From Trichosphaerium sp. ATCC 40318 (lineage: Eukaryota > Protista > Tubulinea), in contig JALMLS010000173.1 in the NCBI GenBank assembly GCA_038496445.1, positions 1-64,000 on the forward strand: a stretch of 64,000 nucleotides of DNA. The letters run 5' to 3'. The position numbers and the translations under genes are program-made. A model generated the notes under the pieces. The model was given only the letters and a program-made list of their open reading frames with translations. It made no database searches and was not told the origin of the DNA. Within the stretch, counting starts at the first letter, position 1; each line of letters starts with the position of its first letter. Shown here in pieces: positions 1 to 13,503 of this stretch.

Positions 1-96
1 GGTGTACCAAATCCCCTAGAAGAAAGTTTAGTTAGGGACTTTTTGCAATGAGGAAAAAAACAAGATAAAAAAAACTTGGGTGGTTTAAGTTTATGC

Positions 97-2723
97 TTAC
101 TTAAATAACTTCACATCTAAACTACCAAGCTTTGAAATTACTTCAGCCTTTAATGACGCATTCTTTGTAGCTGTTGCTTTAGCCTAAGAGGGAAAAAATA
201 AGTCAGAATAAAAGTACCAACCGAGGAAAACGAAATAAAAAATTTCGTTGAATTGTACCGCTGAACCATCGAGTATAGCATCAAGTAACGCATTACGGTC
301 TGCTGTAGATATTTCTGTTCCCTTTTTGTCCCTTCATAACGTTAGAGCGACACGGACGAGCTTTTTTTCGGGAAAGAGAAAAGAGCTATTTGATAACGTA
401 CTTAACAACGTTTACAACGTAGACTTGTGGTTTGTAGCTTGTAAGTAAGCTCTTGAAACGACTTTCAGCAACATCACCATAAGCAGTGGAAGAAGGATAG
501 TAGTAAGGGGTATTGGAAGCAGGGTCTTTGTTTCCAGTGAATCCAACCTAGCAAGTTTGTTAAGTTAACGGTCTACGAAAGCCAAAACCTTAAACATCTT
601 TTCGGCTTGAGCTTGGTCGATCCTAGATACAAGAGGAAATGCGCCAGTAGTATCACGCAACATTATAACAACTGATTTAGGGTGCTCTACAAAACTTGCT
701 TCGCCTGAAACAACAAGTAAGTACAATTTTTCAACGCAAAAGAGCAGTACCATCTGGTAGAGGAGTTGTGATAAAAGTGCCTTGAGGATTGTTCTCTACA
801 AAATCTCTATATCAACGTTAGAAGCGTAATGCCACTAAAAACGGTAATCATACCCTCGTTTGCGTGGAGCCTCAGCATCTGAATGTGTAACACTGGCGTA
901 TGAACGGTAAACGCCTTCGTGTTTCCAAATTGCACCGCTTGCGCCGTACATATCACCTCTTGGTGCCTATTGATGAGTTACAACCACAAACGCGTAACAA
1001 AAAATCCTCGTACTTGTTGAAGCATCACTTGAGATGGATCAATAACAAGTGATGATACACCGTTTTTCACAAAAGTATGTGCGTGTAGAGGAAGAGCATC
1101 CTTTTCAAAGTACAAATAGTGGAAAGTTTGTAGAGTATCCAAACAGTGTTTAATTGAAGCTGTAGATTGAGAAGCGCCAAGAAGAACGATTCCTAAGTGA
1201 TATTAGACCCTGCTAAATAGAGACTACAAAAATTGTTTATACGCACGCTTATCAGGGTTGATAACATGGAAAGGACCATTCTTAATACCAATGGACTCTA
1301 AAAAAGAAATTTAAGATACAGGCAAGTTGGAACAAATTCAAAGTAAAGGGCATGTACCTGGTGTTTGGTCACGCTCAACCAATGGGTTTTCTGATTTGTA
1401 GTTATGAGATATGTAAACGATCCAATCAGATGACCAAAGTTGAACACCACCATAACTAACCAAACGTTAGTCACAAACAATGTTGTCGAAAATGTTTTTT
1501 GGAGAATCTATACGCTACTCGCTTTGTACGCGTAAATACCAATGTAGACGCGTGGACGAATTTTTTCGAGTAGATACAAGTAATTACACTACTTTCAAAT
1601 CGATAGCGTTGAAAAATCAAAAGTCGCTACAGCAACCACAATGAATCTCTAATACGTACCCTGATAATCTTGATGAACATAATAAATGCCTACGGTTGAT
1701 TTAGCGCTTATCAAACAAAATAACTTTATACCTCAAGTACAAAGCGTGATTTCCGCTTTCCATTAGTGTACGAGTCCTCATTTCAGCAGCGCGATTTGAA
1801 CCTACAGCTGCATCATGCATGAATTTATGAGGGATATCTTGATCTGACATCCAGTCTGTTTGCTACAGACAACAATTAGACCAACAAACGAGATGGAGTT
1901 AAATAAACAAATTATTGACATATTTTCGTTAGAATTTGCTTTAAGGGTTCCACAAATACGTACAGCCTTAGCCAAGAAGCGAAATTGTTTCTTATCAATA
2001 GATTCAACGCCATCAGGTACAGAGTATTGATCTGTGTCAACAAAATACCTTGATTTTTCATCAGTCTCTATTTTTTCGAAGATCAAACGCTAAAAACTTA
2101 CACTTTATGATCAATAGGTGAATCAGCAGCGTCAGTGTGAATAGCTTTATATTTATCTAGATTTGAGCGTTACCAAACAAAGCCTACACGTGAGTTCTCC
2201 ATTTTCTTACCAGCTACACCCTCTGCAAGCATCAATAAATGGCGAAAATGTGGATTTCTGTACGTTGTACCATCTATTTTGCGACAAAGTAAGTAAAATG
2301 AGTTGTAAAGGTTTGTTTCACTCTATTTTTGTGTGTTTTGGTACTCTAGATTACGTACAGGCGGAAGGTGCGACTTGGTATCGTGCCATTGTGAAATTAA
2401 CTGCTGGATATCTTCCGAATGAATTTTGAGGAAAGACAACAACATGTTGCTCTCCTTCAAAGTCTATCTGCTTCTATACGAACTGGTTAACTTTTATTGT
2501 TTGTTTGCCGCCCAGCGTACAAAATCTCTTTTATTTCTGCTAATTCTGGCTTCTTGGAGCTGGGTTAACGCTCTGGTGGGTGTTTGCACTCGAATAGTCT
2601 ATCTTTTGTTAATTAAGTGTTTTCGTTACCTACACTCACTTGTTTCGAAGCTACAATGGCATTTTTACCCTTTGTTTTTTGCACGATTTTTGCCTGTCCG
2701 TGCCAAATTGACCTTGAAAGCAT
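97..2723 (-). CDS. Mitochondrion-targeted PEP carboxykinase (ATP)-like protein, probably catalytically degenerate; multi-exon
   Basis: Spliced translation begins MLSRSIWHGQAKIVQKTKG (basic, presequence-like). It contains PEPCK-like segments FMHDAAVGS..MRTRTLMESGNHALY, ALPLHAH, GAIWKHEGVY, HPKSVVIMLRDTTGAFPLVSRIDQAQA (cf. [22 protein letters not shown]) and DRNALLDAILDGS. The 3' end is uncertain. Confidence 0.7.
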
Positions 2724-2877
2724 AGTAGAGAGGACAGGTGCGGTGTATGAAGCGTTTTAAGACCTACTGCCAGATGAGACTCGTTTTGACCAAGTCAAAG
2801 CGTAGAAGTTGTGAAAAAAACTTGTAAAGTACACCAACACTCGTTAAGTAACCAGAGACGAAGTGAATACAGCCCAA

Positions 2878-5800
2878 ATGTCTCACAGAAGAGGTACGCA
2901 GAAAAAAACGCGCAATGTCAAAGCAAACAGTTGTATATGCTTGTATAATTCGCGAAACGCTGTGCAAATGTTGAGAAATTTTTATTACCTTTTTGTTTTT
3001 TGGCAAATTCGCTGTGGCTCAGCTTACGTTACAGGAAAGCGCCCATCAAAGCGCAAGCGCCCTGTGGCGGCAGAAACTTCCTCCAGTGCCGCAAGCGAAT
3101 CAACAAAAGGCCCAAGTATGATGGGAGGCGTAGATTTATTCGATGGTATGCTCCAATATATGCTAAACGAGCCTAATACACATTTCAGTCGATGCTGCTG
3201 ACAGCTCCATTCAAAAGGAAGCAAACGCCACCACTGGTATTGAAGATGATCTAGAAAACATTAGGAAGCGCAAATTAGGCAAATTAAACAAAATTGACAT
3301 TGAAGCTATGGGCTTTAAGGATATTTCAGAGCTAGAAGATCTACTATACGATTCTGAGGACTCTGAAAATGAGGTACACGAAATGAATATACTTTGACAA
3401 GTCAATTAGCCAGAAAGAGTTTTTCTTTGTTTTTTGCGTTTGTTTTATTTTAATGCCTTTAGCGTACTCTCACTACAATCGGTAATGTACCACTTGAGTG
3501 GTATGATGATTACGAGCATCTTGGTTATGATCTTGATGGTAATCCAGTCAAAAAACCTAAACAGTATGATGAAATTGATAAATGGGTTACAAGACACGAA
3601 ACACCGACATCTTGGTACATGACATATCCTCGCATTTTCTATTTCTTTCTTTTTTTTTTCTGAAAATAGAAATGTCTAACAGCTTGTTTCAGGCGTGTTG
3701 TTTTCGATGAGAAAACTGGTAAGAAGATTGTCCTATCCGCAAGAGATCTTAAAATTATACAACAAATACGTAAGGGAGAGGAACCTGCACGATATGCGTC
3801 AGAGAATGTGCGTAGAACTTTTTTTTTTGTTTAGTTCTGTTTTTGACTGTATTATTAGTGGTTTGTTGAGTTTACAGAACATAAAGATGATACACATGCT
3901 GTAACTAACCGACCACCTACAAAATCAAGCTTCTTGCCTTCGAAATGGGAGAAACAGAAGGTACTACTTATTCAGTAAACCGATGAGATATTAAGACTTT
4001 TGTTTAGATACAAGAACTGATGGTCAAGATGCGCAAAGGGTTTATTAAATTTGATCCTGAAAAGTTGAAACCAAAGACAGATGATGGCATGCTTGAAGAT
4101 CCTCTTATTTCTCAACAGTTTTATGATATGTGGGGAGATGAGGAGGATACTAAAGATCCTCTTAACAGATTACTGGCGCCAAAAGAGCGTCCACCACGTG
4201 CGTTTAATTTTAATCGTTTTGTTTTCTTTTGTTTCACCAAATCTTCATTTGTCGCTGTTCTTTTTCCCTACGAAAGCGTAAATACCCTTTGCATTCTGTT
4301 TCAGTACAAAAGGGATTTACTTGGAGTGGGTTCGACGTTGACCAACCTTGTGTTCTTTGAACTTCAGAATTTTTTTGTTTTTTTTCTAAATTCCTTTATT
4401 AGAGAATGAAGAGTCATACAATCCACCTAAAGAATATCTATGGGATGAAAGAGAAGAGAATAATTATGATAAAACACCAAAAGAACTACGTAAACAATAC
4501 TGGAAGCCTAAATCATACGGCAAACTCCTTGATGTTCCGGCATACCAGCACTTTTTCAAAGAGCGTATGGATAGATGCCTTGATCTATACATGTGTAGAC
4601 GTCTACCTAAACCAAAGGTAATTATTTCTCACATTCTTCATTGTGAAGCCATTCTTTGAAAAAACCAAGAAGTTTCTAGACCGTAATTAACACGTGTTTT
4701 GTTTAGAAAACAAAACGAAAAAACAGGGATGATATTCCTCCTATGCCAAAACCAGAAGAACTCAGACCTTTCCCAGAAAAAGAACGTATACGTTATATTG
4801 GTCATGAAGGCGGTGTTCGATCTATTAGCGTTTATCCTAGTGGACAATGGATGCTCTCAGGTTAGTTTCTAAAACAAAAACAAATCACATTTATTTTTTT
4901 TTTTGACATATTTGTTTTATAGGTTCTGACGATAAAACTGTTCGTCTTTGGGAAGTACAAACAGGTCGTTGTCAAAACAAATGGCAATTTGACTCTATTA
5001 TACATCAAGTATCTTGGAATCCAAATCCTGACTACTGTTGTTTCTGTGTTGTTACGTAAGTGATTGTTTTTGTTGACGTCTTTTGGTTTTCTTTTCTTGC
5101 TTTTTTTTTTTACTCTACTCCTCGCTTGGTTTTTGACGCTACGTTGGTAGTGATAAATGTGTGTACTTTGTTGTCCCAGATATTGGTTCAGAAGAACAAA
5201 CAGCCTACACAAAAGCTCTATTTGGTGAAGATAGAGAAACTATTATACAAGATAAGATGCTATCAAAGGTACAATGGCATTACCCTACAGAAGAGGAGAG
5301 GGAACATAAAATCGCTTCTAAGATCACCTTTGCCTACGTTGTACGTACAGCGATACTCTATTGGTGTTTTAGGCTCTAACTAATGCAATGTATAGAAAGC
5401 AAGCGTAAAACATATGACTTGGCACTCCCGCGGTGACTACATGGCAACTGTAGCTCCTCAAGGTATGTTTATCTTTAGCTTACGTATTCGCTATCTTACG
5501 CGTCCGATTAGCTACTGCTACAGCCGTATTGTTTCATCGTATAACAAAGAGACAAACACAAGCACCATTTAAAAAGAATAAGGGTATGTGTGTTTTTCAG
5601 GAACGCTTACAGGCGATACACAGTGTGGCCTGTTGTTAAGGCAATCTATTGACATTTTCTTCTTTTTGTAGGTTACATTACCGCTGTAAAATTTCATCCA
5701 TTCAAGCCTTGGTTGTATCTATGCTCTAAGCAATATTGTCGTGTTTATGACTTAAAAACACGTAATCTGAAATACAAAATTACTGGTAATTTTGAATTCA

Positions 5801-6396
5801 TTTCGTCAATTGATGTTCATCCAAAGGGTACGTGCTAGTGGTTTGAAGATTTCTTTTATAACTCGTGGTTCGCTAACTGAACAAAACAGGAGATAATTGT
5901 ATCATTGGTACCTACGAGAAGCGTTTACACTGGTATGATCACGATCTATCGTCCGAAGCTCCTTGGAAGAGAATAAAGTACGTTTTTTTTTTCAATTTGC
6001 TCACAACTCGATGCGACACATTTCACTTTCTTTTTTTCTCCGTTTTTGTGGATGGAATGGCTGATTGCTTTTGTTTCTAGGTATCATAAAGACTCATTGC
6101 GTAAAGTTGTATTTCACCCAATGTATCCTCTTTTCGCTTCCTGTGCAGACGATGGACAGATTCACGTATACCATGGAATGGTGTACGATGATTTAACGAA
6201 GAATGCTTTGATTGTTCCATTGAAAATATTACGCGGTCACCAACGCGTAGACGGATATGGTACGTATTTACTTACGGGTACGGTGACATGGCTAACGTGG
6301 TTTTTTCTCGTAGGAATTTTAGACATCGCTTTTTACCCTGGACAACCATGGCTATTTAGTGCTGGCGCTGATTCAACAATACGATTGTGGGTATAA
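2878..6396 (+). CDS. BOP1: Ribosome biogenesis protein BOP1/Erb1 (BOP1NT + WD40), multi-exon
   Basis: Exons encode PLEWYDDYEHLGYDLDG, SFLPSKWEKQK, ESYNPPKEYL, FKERMDRCLDLYMCRR, PKPEELRPFP, GHEGGVRSISVYPSGQW, VYHGMVYDDLTKNALIVPLKILRGH and QPWLFSAGADSTIRLWV*. Confidence 0.93.
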
Positions 6397-7486
6397 GAAC
6401 GAATAAAAAATAAAAAAAAGCGGCGAGAGCAGTTTTGTAAAGTGATCAGTGTTTTTGTTGTTTTTTTGTTTGTGTATGGTATTTTTAATGTTTCTATTGC
6501 ATTACGTACATTTATTGTATCTTTACACGTGATTAAAATAAAAATGGTTTTAAACCAAATCTAGTACCTAAACTCCGTCAAATAAAATACTTCCAGCTAC
6601 GTCCTACTCGAAAACAGTCTTACTATCTTCTTTTTCCCGGATTTACGAGATCTGTTTTCGATAGTCTCAATAAGCGGTATATTGGCGTCCGACTCAAAAA
6701 TACATACCAATACTACTCAAAACAGAGTGCTACACTAATAAACGACAGATTTGCCCGACAAATCCGAGTTCCCCAATTTTTTTTTTCAAATCCGTTAACA
6801 ACTCGTTTTTTTTATCTGTGAAATATCGACCGAGCGTATTTATACAATACGAATTGTCTTTCGTGGCTTTTTGTGAGTTTCTCCATTGGGAGGTTTTCTT
6901 CCAAATCGTTTTATGCCCGTACCACCCACTCCACAATAAACACGCACGCGTATAAAAACGAATAAACGACTTTCTAGCATAAGTTATTACAGCTGACATT
7001 ACTACAGGTTGTGCGCTTTTGCCAATGCCAAAACAGTCTTAAAAACGTTTGGTGTAAGCAGCAGCAAGGTAGTTTATTCTTCGGCGTACACAAGTTTTTG
7101 ATGTTCCTAACAAAAAAAGCTTCCTTTCGCAGTTTTACTACAAAGTACACCCTATGTATACGCTAGTTGGCTTGTATATATCCTCTCATGCTATAGCAAT
7201 TGTTGTATATGATCAAAGAGCCATTCTGGGCCCAAGAATGCTTTGACAGCGACCGTTTTCCGAGATAGAAGTAGTTAAAAATCAAAAGAGTTTTAAAACA
7301 GGATAGTAACCCATCTCCACGCGTCACAAGTGTACCAGTGGTAGTGAAATAAAAAACACCATACAACACAAATAAAAAAGCCTATTGTTGGCGTATCACG
7401 TGTCGCTGAACCAAGCGATACTAACGAACAGTGGAAAAAATCATTAAAGCAAAGTTGTTTTATTATTAATGAAACAAAGTATTGTA

Positions 7487-7940
7487 CTAACGACGGTTGT
7501 TTTCAACGTCCCCTGTGCTATAATATACAAAGACAAACCTTCCCCAATGTACGAAAACGTCCATAGCTGGCGCTGGATTGTGAAATAGCTTTGTTCTGAC
7601 TTCCTTTTGTGGGCCACACTCGAATGTTGTAAGGGTTTCCAAACCTTTGGCTCTACCGTTGTAATGGCTGTTCTTGTATCTCATTACTTGCGCGTTCGTC
7701 ATGTTGTACCTTTTTTTGCTCACTAACAATTGGATTAGTGAAACAAAGACCAAAGTGGGGCTGTGTACCTGCTGATCGGTGGTAAGTGAGCTGATAGAGC
7801 TCTGTCTCGTGGACAAACTCGACAGCTGGCTTGTACATCGATGGACGCTGTACTCGCTTTACTCTTGAGGTTCTAGTGTTTTTTATGGCGAATTGATTTG
7901 CACGTGCAGATGCAGAATAGCGGTTATGGGATGTAAACAT
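7487..7940 (-). CDS. Small hypothetical protein, two exons (about 135 aa)
   Basis: ORFs 7653-7961 and 7487-7816 join in frame via a GTACAC...CTAAT..TTAG intron (about 7723-7768). No recognisable motif. Confidence 0.4.
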
Positions 7941-10900
7941 TTCTTTCTTGTTGTTGCGCAAGTTATGGTAGAATTTAATGGATAGAAAGGCCAGAATAAT
8001 TTTGATAAAATAATCTTTTTAGTGCACAGACATGTTGATTTATTTTCGTTGGAGTCTTTTTTATTTAGGGCATAGTTGCAGTTTTAGTGACAAGAAACTT
8101 ACGAGGATGTGTTCACTGTTATAAACCGTATCCGTTACAACAAAATAATAGGCTTACATTGTAGGTGAGCGTCTTGTTCATCGTTGTGCTTTTGAAACTT
8201 TTTTTTCTGCAAAAAATTAAGAACATCTCCGAGTTAGTGACGCTCGGAAAAAAAAGTTTACCCACTCTAATCTCCGTATAAAAGCTTAGATAGTACAATG
8301 TTAACTGTATTTTACCTTTTGGAAATAAACCGAAATAGTCGTTTCAGTGTGAACACAAAAAAGATGAAATTTCAATATTTTTGTTCAAAAAAAAAATTCT
8401 ATTAGTTTTCATGTACCTCATGATGTGCTAACAAATTCCTTACAGATTTAAGAATTTCCGTTAGATCACAAGTGATTTGTGCGTATTTAACTTGGTGCAG
8501 CAAAGCGGTGGTTGTGATACGGTACTGCAAACTAAGCAAAAACAAAAATCCTTCGTAAAAAAATGAGATAGAACAAACCTAAGTTTTGATGGCACTCTGT
8601 GCTGGCCTTGCGATGTGATGCTTTTGTTTTTTCTATTTTTGTCAATCCATTTTTATAGAGAAAGCGAAATTCTTCGGGTAGGGAACTCCACGTGAATACA
8701 AGGTGTTAGAGAGCAAAAGTCTTGTTCTGGTTTTTTTTTCAGATTTGATTTTTTCTTTTGCCATTTTTTGTTTTTGTTGGTTTTGGGGCTAGGTACACAC
8801 GTATTTATATATCATGCGGAGTTTATAAATGATGGGTCAGTTTAAAACGAAGGATGGAAAATTACGTTAAAAACATCAGCAAAAAAACTTGCGAAGCTTC
8901 AGTGTGAGTGACATGTGATAGATTTATTAACGGAAACGTTTTAAGATAGTACACATAGTTATAGTATTGACATATCACCCCACTAGAATTGTAGCTGATC
9001 TACCAACCTAGAAAAGAAGTAAAGAAAGAGATTTTTTTTGTTGCCTTCTTTTCAAAAAAACTAAAGGACAAAAGAAACAAAAAACATGCTCTACGCTTGG
9101 TGCTAGTTGTAGGCTACTTTTGTACCTTTTCAACTTTTTGTCAATACAAAAAGGGTCACTCGAGTTCCCTACGGCGATATTTACCTAAATCAGCTGTTTG
9201 TTGACGTCTTTGGAACTTCTAAACTACACAAATCATTTAACAAAATAGTTTACCTACAACGTTATTTTTATCAACAGTTCCTCTTTGTACAGCGCGTCAT
9301 TGAGGTATGATCGATTCGAAAAGACATCTAATTATTTCTTATGTTTCATTGTCATGCGTGAATAGCACTATCACTTCGTATTGACCGCTGTATAACAATA
9401 GTAAGTCACACAAATACTTGCCTGAAAAAGTCCACTTTTTTTTGCTACAACAAGTGTGCGCTAGCGCTCAGCTACCTGTCATGATAAGTTAAAATGACAT
9501 AGTCTGCAATAATGACGCTTCCGCCGATATAAAATATTTGCCATCAATGGAGTCAAGCATGAAGACACATGTGTCTCATGTTGATTTGGAGAACGTTATG
9601 ATTTCTTTTGTTTAGCGCCACAAAAATTTTACTAATAGTGTGCTAGGGAGCCTCCATCGTATGCCATTTACCTACAACGAGTTTAATCAAAAGAAAAGTA
9701 AGCCTAAATCATATTTTTTCAGGTTTTTTTTTCGTACCAGTTTCCCTTAGATCACCGACATTGTTTTTTTTGAATACCACTACAGCGTATCTTTAAAATC
9801 ACGTGATTTTTTTTATATCATTTTTTGAAGTTTTATGTAACGAAAAGTCTAAACATGACCCTAGTGAAGCTTGACAAAGGACGTACTGATCGCAAAGTTT
9901 ATTAAAGCAGACGCTGGCTTTCAGGTTAGTTTCAAACTTCCATAAAAAAGACCACAAAAACCAAAACGTTTTGTTTGGTGACAACTTACGCATGCTTAAG
10001 TGATGGTTTCATGGCTTAAAATGTAGCCAACTGGATTCAAATTCTTTTGTGATTAAGAAGGATAAAAGCGGCTTGACGTTCATGATAAAAAAGGAAAAAA
10101 AAGAGGATAAGGGTTCGAAAGAGGAAAAGTTTTTTTTCAACAAGATCTTTTTGTAAATTTTTTTTTTTCTTCTCGAGCTCTTCTTTTCGTCCTTGCAATA
10201 AAACAAACTAAAAGCTTTGACGTATGAAAATTTGTTTAATTATTGAAACCACTTGTTAAACGTAATAACAAGGCTACGAGTGCCTTCCAATTCTAGTTTT
10301 TGAGTCCCTAATTTTTAAACAAACCAAAAAACCCACAAAACACTATTACTAGTTGGCAGTAAAAGTTGTCAACAAAACCGTATTTTTTTTATTTTTTTCG
10401 TTCAAAAACACGCATGGTATCGCTCGTACCCATTGAATATTTGATAGCAAAACCCCAACTTGAGTGTGTATTGTATAACGACAAAAAGATCGCACACGTG
10501 ATATCTTAAAAACCTAGTTCGTTATTTTAGTTGACGCCATTTACACTGTTTTTTTTACCATACGCAGCAAAGGTAGCACTTTTCCCAAGACGTTTTCGCC
10601 CGTGAGCTCGTTGCCATTTGCACACCCACGATACATCATTATTTTTTTTCAACTATTCGAAGTGAGCATAAGTTTTTTTTTTTACTTTAGCTCGCTGAAA
10701 CTTACCGTCACGTGATGTCGAACCGTTTTTAATATTTGTTCCATTCCGATCTTTTTTTTTTCAACTTGCAAAACCGTACCCTTTGCTAGCATTCGCCCAA
10801 AAAATGTACGCCACCAAGCGATCAAAAAACAGAAACAATTAATCTCACTACGTATACTTAATGACCTAAAATAAACAACCTAATCTTTACAGGCGACTTA

Positions 10901-13503
10901 CCTCACTCTCGACGCTACACTTTTTCCTTTGTTTTACAACAAAAACATTAGCAAAAAAGAAAAGTGCTCTTGAAGACAACCAGGCGAATCAAACTGGTCT
11001 AACGTACGGATAAGGTATGCATACAACGACAGCGGTCCCTAAAGAAACCTCTAATCTCATGTTTAGTAGCTCGCCTCTTACAAAAGAAGCCTATGACCGT
11101 CATATAGCGCCTTGGTTATCACTACAATCACTATGAATAACCAAGGCAGCTAAAATCGGCTTCTGTCTATAAATCCCCATTATTAAAAAGTAGATAATAG
11201 AGGAAGGGTTCATATTCCTTACATTGTTGTCGTGCTTATTAATCTTTTAGGACTCTATTATTTTAGTTTTTGATTCACTGTGTTTGTGTACTCTGTTTCG
11301 GCGCTTCTATGTAACGTATATAAAGCAGCAAAATAAAGAGAACTGTTGTTTAAACCAAGAAAAAAAAAGTGTTTGTTTCGTTTTGGGATTAACACTATTG
11401 AAATCCCTTTAAAAAACATAAGAACATGTCCATACGCAAGTGTATATCCTTAAATTATTAATTTTAAAGGGAAAACGTGATTGGCCTAAAACGTTTTTTG
11501 CAGATAATGCGAAAATGTTTGTCCCCAAAAACTATGTACAAAAACAACACTACAGCTATACCTTCATGATTAAAAGGTAAATTATTAACTAGTCATAAAA
11601 CTTTTCAAGAACAGTCAAAGGATTCGGAAACACCCGGACAACGTACTCAACGGTATGTGTAACGTTGTCATAACAGTTTTAAAACGAAGTTTTGATGGAT
11701 ACTATTAATTTGGAAAAACCGGTTTTATCACGTGAAACAATATCTCCGTATTCGCTATATCGCTTAGTTTAATCCTGTCTTTATAAACATGTAGAGTGAG
11801 GTTATATTATTTCTCCGCATGCGGAATTTTGCAGATTACGCCCTTTGACTACCCGCTAGCAACGCCGAGTCTTCATAATTTTGTGGGCGCTGGTGATACG
11901 GGGTCTATGAAGTGTGCTTTTGTCGTAGATGTATGCTTTGTATCTCGCGCTGGGAAAAAAATTTGTGCCCACGCGCTTTTGAGCTCCAAACCCTCACCAG
12001 ATACGTTTATTTCGCCAATGAAGAGCGCTCCTTCAAGGAAGTATGCGGGATCGGCACTGTGCGACGAGAAAATTTTGCTATTTTTTCGTGTCGTTGATAA
12101 CAAGCGTTTTAAAGCTTCTTTTACGTAACAAACCACATAATAAACGCTTTTCAAGCTGTAATTGCGTGTCAATAAAATAGTGACACGGTAAAAAAGGCAA
12201 ACATGTGCTTAATCGCAATAAACGCGTTGTTTCTACCGTTTCCAAGCATTCTCGTTCCCGTAATTGCGTTTAAACCTCATCAAAACTGATTAAGTGAGCA
12301 TTTTGTCAAAATGACTTAACGAATTCCGCCACTGGCTAATAAACATGAAAGAAACAGTGTTAAGTAGCCTACGGAAATGGCTTAAACCCGAAACCAAACT
12401 TTCAGCTGCAAAAAGATCTCTGTAGCAATGTAGGTAGACAAAAGGTGTTGTCGTTATTTTGTATCGTGGTAGTTACCTCACGTGAATATCAGCTGGATAA
12501 AGGCACCGTGCTTTCCTGAGGTTGAGGGCTTGTATTTGTTTCGTACGGTATACAGCGAAGATTGTACTTGTTGTGCTATCAAGAATTCAGTACTCATGTT
12601 TCAGTCGCTCGACTACTTCTCTACAAGGACTAGTATGTACCCTAGAGCTACTCCTGAAAACTGTGCAGCAGAAATCAAAAGAGTACTTTTTCATGCACGT
12701 GATACACAGAAATTTCAGTAGTAATTTTAAACAAATATGTAAATTGCACCATTGGTTTTTGTTTGTCACTTTTTATTTGTATCGTATCCTTTTCTCTGTC
12801 AAAGGTTTTCATCAACAATCTAGATGATGGCCACTCCTTGAATACTGGCCAGGTTGACGCACTACAACTCGAAAACAGCTACCGGTCTTAAAAGTAGACA
12901 TAGACTTAATAAACAAAACCTTCATTCATTCGTAGCCGGTTCAGTTATGTTATGGTGAAAGGAAAAGATGTTGGCTTCATTGTAATCCTCTAGACGCGTT
13001 TTTTTACATCCAAAACTACCCACATTGTTACACGTCAACTTCCTAATTAAGTAAATGTACATGACTCATTCGCTTAATATTACGAGTTGTTGCCAATCTA
13101 CCATGCAATTCGCGACAATAGAATGCGTACATTAACGCGGTATGTAGAGCATCATAATATATCATGCCACAAGTGAAAAAGTTGCTACTTTTCCAACTTG
13201 GTGCACCAAATTGCTACTTCGGTAGTAAACTTATGAGCTACCAGTACATCGCATTCTAGACTCGTATACACGTACAATAGTCTTATTTAGGTTTTGTTAC
13301 CACCAGCTAAGCCAGATTTTTTGAGACGGTTTGTGAACATAGGTAGCCTTTTGAAACTCTGCAAGCTATACTATTAGTGTATCCTTGTGGATTACTTAAT
13401 GTGAGTATAAGTACAAAAAGTCACGTGTGCTACAAATCGGGAGTGGCCTTTTAAAAAGTACAGATAAACCCATTGACCTTGACCCTCACGCGCAATAATC
13501 AAT

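Noticed and set aside
11610-12130. GFGNTRT and NEERSF peptides reminiscent of a myosin motor
   Set aside because: No NSSRFGK or GESGAGKT motif and frequent stops; similarity is at chance level.
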